Notes under the pieces: model-generated | Database searches by the model: none | The model's input: only the letters and a program-made list of their open reading frames with translations | Told to the model about the DNA's origin: nothing | Shown here: in pieces, positions 48,578 to 64,000 of the stretch | Numbering within the stretch: the stretch's first letter is position 1 | How the letters are laid out: each line of letters begins with the position of its first letter | Assembly: GCF_009914755.1 (NCBI RefSeq) | Contig: NC_060932.1 | Reading direction: 5' to 3' (one strand) | DNA: 64,000 bases | Source: the human T2T-CHM13v2.0 reference genome, Homo sapiens | Made by a program: the position numbers and the translations under genes

Positions 48578-49601
48578 CACCCAAGCCATCTCTTTAAATT
48601 TCATTTTGGAGGCTTATGTGATATCAAAATAAAAATATAACCCATTCAATAAATTTTTATGGTCAATGTACTACATAAACATAGTGTTTTGAGAGTTACA
48701 AAAATTCCTGATAACTTTACTTATAGGTAATATGCTTACTTCATATTTGGAATAACAAGTAATGGCTCTCTATTGACGTTTCCTTAGAAAATCAGACCCT
48801 CTTATAGATAACTAAACATTCTAAGTTACTAAAGATAAATTACTTGCTTTGTTCAAAGTTCAAGGAAGAAGACAAAGATGGAGTAATCTAATTTCCATCC
48901 TCTCTGTAGATTTTTAACTATTTCTAAGCCACTCCTGAAGTCTAGAGACTTATGTCAATGAACGAAGGGTAGGAATTGCTATCTTTTATCCTTTTTAAGG
49001 AGAGAAAAACCAAACATTGATTTTCTCCTTCAAGATTGAGTAAGAAAAAGGGTAACTATTTTGTACTGAAAACAGGACCAGTGCTATTGTTCCTTTCTGG
49101 AGTGGAAGGCAATCAGGCTACGGGTGAAGACGTGAGTGGTGACAATCTTGCCTTGTATCTATTGGCTGTATAGCCACAGTGGAGCACTCCTCTTGACCTG
49201 AGGCTACTTGCTTTATCCATAGAATCCTCGCTAGATCCAACCAACACCAACTTTCTTTAGGTAAGCTTGGGGTCTTTATAACATCCCATACTAGCTCAGG
49301 TGGTGCGGTACAGACCCAACATGATGTGCGAAGAGTGGCAGAGTAGAGAATATAGACTAATCTTAGAAGTAGCTGTGTTTGGCGGCAGAAGGCTGTAAAA
49401 GTGATAGCACTTATGTTGCACTGAAGCTATTTATTTATATAGACTCTCCTCTCCTTTAGAGGGTGAGCTCCTTGAGGACAGAGGTCCTGGACTACAGTTT
49501 CCCGTGACTTAGCAAAACAGACACCCTCACTACCCTTTAAATGTTAGTTAAATGAATAAGTGGAGCTGACCCTGCTCAGGGAAGGTGCTTGTACCTTAGA
49601 C

Positions 49602-50132
49602 CAGGGGTCCCTAACCCCTGGGCCATGAACCGGTACCAGTCCATGGCTTACTAGGAACTGGGCCACACAGCAGAAGGTGAGTGGCATGTGAGCAAGCAAA
49701 GCTTCATCTGTATTTATAGCTGCTTCCCGTTGCCCACATTACTAGGTGAGCTCTGCCTCCTGTCAGATCAGTGGCAACATTAGATTCTCATAGGAGTGCG
49801 AACCTTATTGTGAACTGCGCATGCAGGGGATCTAGGTTGTGTGCTCCTTATGAGAATCTAATGCCTGATGATCTGTCACTGTCTCCCATCACCCCTAGAT
49901 GGGACTGTCTAGTTTCAGGAAACAAGCTCAGGGATCCCACTGACTCTACATTATGGTGAGTTTTATAATTCTTTCATTATATATCACAATGTAGTAATAA
50001 TATAAATAAAGTGCACAATAAATGTAATGTGCTTGAATCATCCTGAAACCATCCCCTCCCCACTCTCCAGTCTGTGGAAAAATTGTCTTCCATGAAACTG
50101 GTCCCTGGTGCCACAAAGGTTGGGGACTGTTG
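49602..50132 (+). mobile_element. MER1A DNA transposon, complete
   Basis: TIRs and perfect 8-bp TSD CCTTAGAC at 49594-49601 / 50133-50140. Confidence 0.93.
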
Positions 50133-51009
50133 CCTTAGACTGTTTAATTAACATTTAGGCTTTGATTAGACAACTAAACTCCAGTTCATCTTTATGGAAG
50201 GCTGAGGACACACCATGGATATCACCACCACCACCACCACAAAATATTTTCAGATAAGCCTGTTGGTCCATGAGAATATTATCATCACCTAAATATTTCT
50301 TGAATAACTTAAAATCTGAAACGCTGAGTTTTTCCTAAGTTGTAGGTACTTTAAAAAATGTTTCCAAAAGAAAATGAGATACTTAAACAATCTTTGTATA
50401 TGGGCAATAAGTCCCAAGTTGTTTGTGTACATAGGTACAAATCAATGCTTATTATCAAGAAAATACGGAGTGATAACTTCATGACTAAGCATTTTCATAG
50501 AGAAAAATAGGACCATTAAATTTCCTCCCAGACTGTATAAAAAACTGTAATTGTGTGCTGATGAGCTTTCCTCCAAAGAATCAATGGAGGGAGATGTGCA
50601 ATTGGAGAGGTTCATTTACAACAGGAAGGTTTTAAGGAACATGCAGAGGGAGTAGAAGTGTGTGAAAGATGGGCAGGGCCACAAAAAGGACAGGCTGGGA
50701 TATGGAGCAGGGAAATAGGGCAATGACTTCAAGAGGGCCAGAGGACCTATTTTACCTGGCTTTTCATAGGACTTGACCTCCTAGTTGAAATATTCTCCTC
50801 CCTTGGCTTTTAACACACTGTTCCCTCAAACTTTTCTTCCAGTCTCTCTGTTCTTTCCTTCTCAACCCCCTTTATGGGGTTTTCTTCTTCTATTAGTCCC
50901 TTAAATGAAGGCGAATCCAATTGTTCTGCTCTTAGCCATGTTCTTCAGTGGTCACTCTCTTCATTGAACATGGCAGCCTCAACTATTACTTACATGTAGA
51001 TACTTTCAT

Positions 51010-52140
51010 GTATTCAACACGTCTTTACTATGCACACACCATGCCTCACGCACTGGGATACATCATGAACCAAAGGTTTTTGCCTTGTAGAGAGCTTCCA
51101 TTCCAGTGGTGGTGGCGAGACAATAGACACTAGACACAGTGAAAGCGAGAATTCTACTGTGTAGGAGAAAAGTGCCATGGAAACAAGAAAAAGGACAGTG
51201 TGAGAAAGATTAGGAGTACTGGGGAGTTGGGTTGCAATGATAGAGATGGTGACGACGTTGTTCCCAGATGCTGGCTTTTGAGCAGACTTGTAGAACTCAA
51301 GGAGTTGGCTATGGCATCCAGGGAAGAGTTTTAAGCAGAGGAAACAGCCAGTGCAAAGACCCTAAGCCAATGTGGCTGGAGCCAAGTGGGGAATGAGGAT
51401 AGAAATAGATGAGATCAATCGATGGGGGACCAGATTATGTGAAGTTTATAGGCTATATTAAGTCCCTTAGGCAAGTAAAATGGGGAGCCACTGCAGCATT
51501 TTCAGCAGTTAACATCATCTGACTTATATTTTAAAAGGTTCATGGTGGCTGAGGATGGAGAGTGTGTGTTTGTATGTCTGTGTGGGTGGCAGGGGGGCAA
51601 GGGTAGCAGCTGTGAGAGTAGTTAGAAGGCTCCTGCAGTAACCCACATGAGAGATGATGGTAACTTAGACTGGGATGGTAGTAACAGAAGTGGTCAGAAA
51701 GGGTTGGAATCTGGAGCGATTCTTAAGGTAAAATCAAAGGGATTTCATAAATGGTTGGATGTATGGTGTAAGAGAAAGAGCAATGTTAAAGATTGATCCA
51801 TGGGTTTAAGGCCTGAGTAACTGGAAGGATGGAGTTGCCATCAACTGAGCTGAGAATGGCTATAGGAAGAGCCGATTTGGCAGAGTGAAGGTCAGGAGTT
51901 CATTTCTGGATATTTTGAGTTGAGATGTCTATTAGATACCCCCAGTGAAGATGCTAATAGATATGATATATGGAGCTTGGGAGAGAGTTTAACATCTGGA
52001 GATTTGGGGGTCATAGGCACACAGTAGAGAATGATGACATGTCTAAGGGAATGAATGTAGATAGAGAAGAGAAAAAGACAAAGGCTGAACCCTGGGCAGT
52101 CCAACATTAAGAGTGTAGGGAAAAAAGAGGACCAACAAAA
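51010..52140 (-). mobile_element. L2 fragment
   Basis: Reverse L2 3' region (tattcaacac..ctgggatacatcatgaac..ggagccactg..gagtaactggaaggatggagttgccatc). Confidence 0.8.
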
Positions 52141-54067
52141 TAGATTTGGCGTCTTCTCTAACACCCTGAGGCTGGGTTAGGTGCTTCTCCGATATGTGCT
52201 TATAATGCCCTTTAACTGCATTTGTCAAAAACTTAGTATCCTGCATTAAAATTGTGTATATACCCATTTCTCTACTTGATTGGGTCTAGCATTTGACTAA
52301 TATTAGAGACATAATAAAATGAGAAAGCATTTTATTTCATTATTATCATACATGAGCTAAACTTGTAATACTCAGAAGTACTGTGCCTTGAGTCGATGCT
52401 GTTTGCCTGAGAAGCACATTAGACACTGGAATATTCTACAGCATTTTATGGTTGATTTTATGGATTGGCATCCTGCCAGTGTTATTTACTGCAGATTAAG
52501 TATTGATTCAGCAGCAGAATGGGCTATCACATCCAGAGTTCTTTTTGCCAGTGTTTATTTCTGAAATGTTGCCTTACTCATCTTCTATACCAACCCTGTC
52601 TTTACAAAATAAAATCAGAATCCTGAATGGCTGTGTCTCTAACATGGAAATAAATTAATTTGGGTGGAAAGAAGATCACTAAAACCATCTATCTTTATTT
52701 ATAGCCTTTTTGGGGCACTATCTAGGTTTTACTAAAATGCAAAGAAACAGCTCACAAATACTGTTGAATACCAAATCCCTTCTGGATTTTATGTAGCTGT
52801 GTTGGATGGATACATTATTTTAAGAGTCCTGTCCAGATCTGGCCTTAGTTATGTAGATTCTGATGAGAAAATGTCTGCAGTACTATGAAAGATCAAGAGA
52901 GCAGAAGGCTACAGCATTAGGACATAGCATTTCAAGGGAACAAGCAAAAAACAACAACAAAAAATGTGATAAAATAGACTTCTTCTAGGAGAAAGGAGCA
53001 AGCAGCATCAAACTCATCATTCTTAATGTTTTAGGAGTATAAGAATGTAAAAGTTATTAGTTTTCCCTTAGTTTATGGGAACCAATATATTGTTTCTGAA
53101 AGAGACAAAATTCTCTTTCTCATCTTCACATGCAGAACAACTGCGGAATATATAACAGATCTCTGCAGTGCAGAGTGGAGAGGAAATTTAGTCTTGTCTA
53201 ATGAAACAGCATACATCTCTGTTCTGAACACTTCAGCGATTTAACTTCCATACCATACATCACCTTTTTAGTTTTTAAGTATTGAGATGTAAAACTCTAC
53301 AAGGACCTCATAAATCTAGAAAGGAGACAAGACATGCACACATGAGAAAATTAGAGAACAAGACAATGCCGGATATAATCGTAAAGTGTGCAGTGCAGAC
53401 TCTAAGAGCATGGAGCACAGAGGAGGGGAGAGAGCAGGGAAGATTAGGAGCCCTGGGGTAACTACAATGGCAAAGAAGAGACTCAATGGAGCTCAAGATG
53501 GAGGGAGCTCAAAAAAATACGATTTTAATTAAAAAATAAAGGACAACAAAGAAAAGGTTTTGTTGATTCTGTGAACCCTAGCTTTTCTGGATGATATAAT
53601 AAGATGTAAACTAGGCTTTACAGGAGAAATGAAGAATGGAGGGGTACCAGAAGCCGCAATGGGCTAAAAATCATGAGGCTGTGCTCCAGTTACAACTGCA
53701 TCACGAAGCAGCGCAGTGACAGGCATTCCACTGCTCTGGTTGCATTTGTCCTGGGTGGACTTGAGAACCAAATCCGTGGTTCTCATTGTGGTGTTGGGAA
53801 AACGTGTTGCTATCAGTAGTGGGGGATGTCTCACAGTAGTTTGTTACATGTTATAAAATTACTTAACTAAAAAAAATGGGTTTGGTTATCCTGATAAATA
53901 ACTCTTACTTTACTCTAATATACTTTTGTAAAGAAGAAGATAAAAAAGGTGAAATTAGTATGGGTGTGCTTGGAATTGACCACAGGACTATGCTTTCATC
54001 ATCAATAGGGTGTGTAGCATAGAAAAAAAAAGGTTGAAAATTGTTGGATTAGAAAATGAGTGCTAAG

Positions 54068-54123
54068 GAGGCCAGGAGTTTGAGACCAGCCTGGAAAACA
54101 TAGTGAAGCCCCTTCTCTACAAA

Positions 54124-54158
<35 letters not shown>

Positions 54159-54483
54159 AAATGATTGCCAAGACTGTTTTTTTTGTTTGTTTTTTGTTTT
54201 TTAAAAGATAAGGTCTCATTTTGTTACCCAGGCTGGAGTGCAGTGGTGTAATCTGCAGACACCAACTCCTGGGCTTAGGTGATCCTCCCACCTCAGTCTC
54301 TTGAGTAGCTGGGACTATAGGCATGCACTAGAATGCTCAGCTAATTTTGGAATTTTTTGTAAAGATGGGGTCTTGCCATATTATCTGAGTTGATCTTGAC
54401 CTCCTGGCCTCAGGTGATCCTCTTGCCTCAGCTTCCCAAAGTGCTAGGATTACAAGCATGAGCCATTATGACTGTGCTCAGCC
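54068..54483. mobile_element. Plus-strand Alu fragment (54068-54160) abutting a minus-strand AluJ (54176-54483)
   Basis: Alu left-arm piece with poly(A), followed by poly-T and a reverse Alu. Confidence 0.88.
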
Positions 54484-55119
54484 CTAAGATTCTTTACAGC
54501 ATTGATAGTTTATGGTTCCAGTGCAGGTGAAACAAAAATTTTAATGTAATTACATATTTATTTTCCTCAGTATGCTTAGATTCTGTCCTAAAGATCTGAG
54601 GACAAAATTTAGTAATAACCGTTGTGTAACTTAATTGATTTCTGGTTTTGTTGTTAGAGGCAGTCTCTGAAGACGGATTGCATTCTAAAATGTAGTTAGC
54701 AAACGTTTAATTCTCAGAATGCAGTTTTCCTTGGATAAAACTTTCTTCCCTGCTCAAGGTCTCCCAAATCCCTCTCAAATTGGCTTCTCTTTTGTTACAA
54801 ATTGTCGTGTATGGCACCTGATTGCCCAAACCAGAAATCATCTACTGAGTCCAACAATTTGCAAAGAGCAGTTGGTACATTGTCTCAATTTCCTTTCAAT
54901 ACACTCAACCTAACTCCTATAAGCAGTCAAACCTTTTCTGAATTATTGTAGGGGTCCCGTGACCCCAGGCTCTTCTTCAGTCTATATCTTCAGAAGTCCC
55001 AAGTTAATTTTGCTAAAATGCAAATCTTACCATGTAATTCCTTTGCTTAAACTTTATAATGGCTCACCACAGCCTTCAAGATAAAGGGGCTAGATGAAGG
55101 GTCTTTGCTCTATATCCCT

Positions 55120-55612
55120 TGTGGTAGGTGAAATAATGGCCCCCCAAAATCACCAGGTCCTAATCCATGGAAACTGTGACTGTTAAATGGAAAAGGGCCT
55201 CTGTAGATGTGATACATTAAGGTTCTTGAGATGAGGAGATTATTCCGGATTATCTGAATAGGTCCTATATGTAATTACAGGTGCCCTTATAAGAGGGAGA
55301 TTTGAATACCGGCAGAAGAGAAGGCTATGAGACAGCAGAAGAGTGGACAGATTCAGAGAGACAAGATGGTACGCCATAGGCTTTGACTGTGGAGGAAGAG
55401 CTCTCAGGGCAAGGAATATAGCGGCCTCTAGGAGCTGGAAAAGGGAAGGAAACAGATTCTCCCAAGAGCTGCCTGAGGGAGTGTGGCCTTGCCACGCCTT
55501 CAGCCTGGCAAAACCCACTTTGGACTCTGGCCTCCAGAACTGTAAAAGAACACATTTGACATGTTTTAGGTCACCAAGTTTGTAATTTGTTACAGCAGCA
55601 ATGGGGCACAAA
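55120..55612 (+). mobile_element. MLT1D-like MaLR LTR
   Basis: tgtggtaggtgaaataatggccccccaaa..cctaatcc..ggcctccagaactgtaa..tttgttacagcagcaat. Confidence 0.88.
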
Positions 55613-56449
55613 TAAGCTTTCACAAGCACCGTTTATTTACCCCTACACAGCATTTAGCACAGCGTAACATTTTTACTAAGCTGTCAATCTTGAGGGCAGG
55701 AATTATGTGCTTTTCATGTTTGTATCTCCTGTGCCTAGCATACTGCTCTTAAAAATTTATTAAGTAAATGAATGAATTTATTAATGTGATTCAGACTAGA
55801 GGATGCCCTCCAAAATTCTCATTTTTTTCCTGTCTATTAAGATTCTTTGGTTTTTGGTCAAAGCCCTTTAACTGGATATATGGGGGACTTATTTTTTTGG
55901 CTGAAGATCTTGGAGTCTTCAGCTCCACAGCAATCTGATCCCTTCCTCTTTCCTCCAGTCAGTCACTGGGTTCCATCATTCTACCTTTCCAGTGCCTTCT
56001 TCTTTCCATCCTCTCTGCCTCTATCCTGGTTTCATCACCTCTCACCTGGATAGCACCGTGGCCTCTAAACTGGTTCCCCTCACACTGTAATCCATCCTTC
56101 ATCTTGCTGTCAGAGCACTTTTCTATAACCAAAATAGATCATGTTATTCCCCCAACCCCAGAAAAAAAAAATGCTCATTGGCTCCTTGTGGGCAACATCA
56201 GTGTCAGTTCCTCAGCATGGTGTCCAAGCCCCTACTGATCGAACATTTCTAGGCTCATGTTCTCTTCTGTAGACCCCACAAACAGCCACAGCCCCATCCC
56301 TCACTTGCCAATTCCTGCTCTGTCATTCCCTCCCCATCTCTTTGCCTTTGTTCCCGTTCTTCCTTCAGCTCAGGCTGTTCATTTCCTCTCTTGAAACCTA
56401 TTGAAATCTTTCCATGCTGGGACGGGTCAGCTCAAAAGCTACTTGTCAG

Positions 56450-58488
<2,039 letters not shown>

Positions 58489-59515
58489 GCACTTGTCTAC
58501 AGCTTTCCCACTCTCACCCAGTCAGAATTTCTCCTTCCTCTGGGAGCGTGACCTGGGTGCCTCTATTTCTTGGCTTTTATTAATACTCAGCCTTGAAATG
58601 TAGCTGGCTTGTCAACCTCACTAGACTATTAGTTCCTAAGAACAAGAACCAAGTATTATTCGTACTGGCCCAGCATTGTGCTTTGCTCATAGCAGAGGAT
58701 CAATAGATGTTTATTGAATGAATCAATCTGCCCCACAGCAAGGTCCCTCTTAGTCTATCACATAAAAATTCCATTTGTGTTTTACATTTTAAGGTCAGTT
58801 ATTATAATATAAGGTTATAATAAGAGTTAAGAGATTGCATAAGAGCCTGAACAATGATGCTGTTTTCTACCATTATGGCATAACCTGAAAATATGTGCAA
58901 ATAAAGGTAGAGATACCAGCAAATATGAATGAATAATAAGGAAAGGAAATCAATAGTTTTGAATCATATTATTACTTTGTCTTTTGTTGTTACCAGTCTA
59001 CATTCCCAATCTATGAGTAGTGAATGAGATGAATTAGCGCTAGCTTATTTCTTAATTGTGGAATTTGCTGGAAGGCCATAGTGGAATCTTTCTCTCAGAA
59101 TTATGCAGGCTAGAATGAGATGCCAAAACCTCATTTTAAATAGATTCCAGTAAAATAAAACAAATTTATTGCATTATAATAAAATATATCACATTAAAGA
59201 AATTGTTTTTGCTGATATACTTGTTCTATTTATCTATATAATAAAAGAATATATTTTTGTGAAATGTTTTGAATCAGTGTAAAACTGTTCACTTTCCCTC
59301 AATCTGTTTCACAGTCAGCATCTCTAGCGAAGTACCAGGAGAGAAGATGGGAGAGGCCACAGCCACAGGAAGCAGTGACTTGGTGTTGATTAGACTAGAT
59401 TAAATATAACTCAGTGGAACTCTGCTTTGCTCTTCCCCACCCCTTTTCCATTTGGTGGGGCTAGTGAGCGGAGGCGTGAGGAATGGTGGTGGAAGGAGCA
59501 TAATTCGATTTCTTT

Positions 59516-60314
59516 TTTTTTTTTTTTAATTTTAATTTTTTTTATTGATCATTCTTGGGTGTTTCTCGCAGAGGGGGATTTGGCAGGGTCGTAGGACAAT
59601 AGTGGAGGGAAGGTCGGCAGATAAACAAGTGAACAAAGGTCTCTGGTTTTCCTAGGCAGAGGACCCTGCGGCCTTCCGCAGTGTTTGTGTCCCTGGGTAC
59701 TTGAGATTAGGGAGTGGTGATGATTCTTAACGAGCATGCTGCCTTCAAGCATCTGTTTAACAAAGCACATCTTGCACCGCCCTTAATCCATTTAACCCTG
59801 AGTGGATACAGCACACGTTTCAGAGAGCACAGGGTTGGGGGTAAGGTCACCGATCAACAGGATCCCAAGGCAGAAGAATTTATCTTAGTACAGAACAAAA
59901 TGAAAAGTCTCCCATGTCTACTACTTTCTACACAGACACGGCAACCATCCGATTTCTCAATCTTTTCCCCACCTTTCCCCGCTTTCTATTCCACAAAACC
60001 GCCATTGTCATCCCGGCCCGTTCTCAATGAGCTGTTGGGTACACCTCCCAGACGGGGTGGTGGCCAGGCAGAGGGTCTCCTCACTTCCCAGTAGGGGCGG
60101 CCGGGCAGAGGTGCCCCTCACCTCCCGGACGGGGCGGCTGGCCGGGCAGGGGGCTGACCCCCCCACTTCCCTCCCGGATGGAGCGGCTGGCCGGGCAGAG
60201 GGGCGCCTCACTTCCTAGTAGGGGCGGCCGGGCAGAGGCGCCCCTCACCTCCCGGACGGGGCGGCTGGCCGGGCGGGGGGCTGACCCCCCCACCTCCCTC
60301 CCGGATGGGGCGCC
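59516..60314 (-). mobile_element. 5'-truncated SVA retrotransposon (SINE-R plus partial VNTR; SVA_D-F-like)
   Basis: Poly-T followed by the typical SINE-R reverse sequence ttattgatcattcttgggtgtttctcgcagagggggatttggcagg..., then GC-rich VNTR units (ggggcggctggccgggc). Candidate 7-bp TSD TTTCTTT at 59509-59515 / 60315-60321. Confidence 0.95.
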
Positions 60315-61593
60315 TTTCTTTATGGGCCCATGAGGCCTCTTTTTGCTTCTTCCCTGTTTTACTAACACAAACAAATTAAGCTGAATAACAAAAGCTAATA
60401 AGCAAGGAGAAGGGTTTTGAATAGTGGTTGTGCATTCTAGAGGCTTTAGTTAAAATTTTTAGGTTTTTTTTTTTTAAAGAACACTGACTTATTTTTACTG
60501 TTTAAAATATTTTTTTGAATGGCCAATGGACATACATGGGATGCCACACAGATTGCTTTCTCCTTCGTCTGTCTAGCCATCTATTTTTTTTTCCCCAGAA
60601 GCAACCATGTTCACTGCTTTTTTGGGTGTAAATCCAGGGATATTCTGTGTTTTTAAGCAAAAAGCCAGTTTTATTATATCCATCTGTGAAAAAAAATCTT
60701 TTCTACACAAATAGCAGTATTTTTTTACATCTATTGATCTTACCTTGCTTTGTTCAACTGTGTGTGTGTATGTGATCCTGGAGATTTTCCATGTCAGTGC
60801 ATAAAATAGCAGCCTCATTCTGGCTAAATATAGTATTTTACTATATAATTGGAGCCTAATTTACTTAACTAGTCCTCTGTTGAGCATTTGGAATGCTTCT
60901 AATCTCTTGCTATTATGCAGAGGATTGCAATGAATATCCTTGTACCTATATTATTTCCCACATATGTGAGTATAGTAGTAGGATATATTCCTAAAAGAAT
61001 CACTTAATTAGTCAAAAGGCACATGTATTTCTTTTTGGATGGACATTGCCAAAGACCCATTCACACTCAAAAGCAATGTGTAATATTGCCTGTTTTCCAC
61101 ATCTTTCCAATTCTCTTGTCTCTCTCTTTCTCTTTTAACACGTAGAGCTGTGCTGTATCAGAAAATTATAAGAGTATCAATACGTCCAAGTTAGCTTGTA
61201 AGAAAAGGTGTTTTTAAGTATCATTTGCATATAGATAGGTAGAGAAAAATACAGTGAAGAAAATTAGAATCTGTTTCCTTGATCTCAATACTGCCTGAAG
61301 AAACATTCCAAAGTAGCATTCAAGCAGAGTGCCTGCATATAGATGGTGCTCAGTAAATATTTGTAGAATGACTCCTGTGGCTCTATTGACTTTTGATAAA
61401 TTCTTGGAGAGGTATAGTCAAATGACCTAACTTAAAGCCTCATAGTGGTAACAAGATTTTACATTTAAATTATATTTATCTCTGGGATTCATTTTAATAT
61501 ATGCATCTTTTAAGAATTATTCAGCTTAATTGGTTATTTGGCTAACCACTTGTAGGTTGTATGGGAAAAATAAATGCAGAAAACATACTATTA

Positions 61594-64000
<2,407 letters not shown>

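Noticed and set aside
53762-53785. 9-bp perfect hairpin TGAGAACCA-AATCCG-TGGTTCTCA
   Set aside because: About one such stem is expected by chance in 64 kb, and there is no other supporting structure.
60360-60366. Perfect TACTAAC branch-point word
   Set aside because: No downstream polypyrimidine tract and acceptor, and several 7-mer occurrences are expected by chance.
59549-60374. ORFs of 63-126 aa (e.g. MVMILNEHAAFKHLFNKAHL..)
   Set aside because: Standard SVA SINE-R/VNTR translations.

Overview
Primate (human-like) genomic DNA, dense in interspersed repeats (Alu, L1, L2, MIR, LTR, DNA transposons, one SVA). The only real protein-coding content is the last three exons of carboxypeptidase A6 (CPA6, minus strand): 32501-32703, 26510-26594 and 20967-21154, all with canonical GT-AG sites and matching phases. 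These are followed by the 3' UTR and AATAAA signals. Everything to the right of 32703 is one long CPA6 intron. There are two processed retrocopies with target-site duplications (TSDs): a disabled full-length RPL17 pseudogene (~4932-5577) and a 5'-truncated MLLT6/AF17 retrocopy (33074-34910) whose insertion junction created a new in-frame ATG in front of an intact 82-codon ORF. Other notable structure: a candidate L1 3' transduction, a poly(A)-only insertion with TSD, several templated or inverted insertions typical of template switching, and a frame-preserving, stop-free exon pair flanked by inverted Alus. Most ORFs in the supplied track are Alu/L1/SVA artefacts. Gene identities, exon numbering and repeat subfamilies come from recall, not from a database search, and repeat boundaries are approximate. 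I found no evidence of a wholly new multi-gene system.
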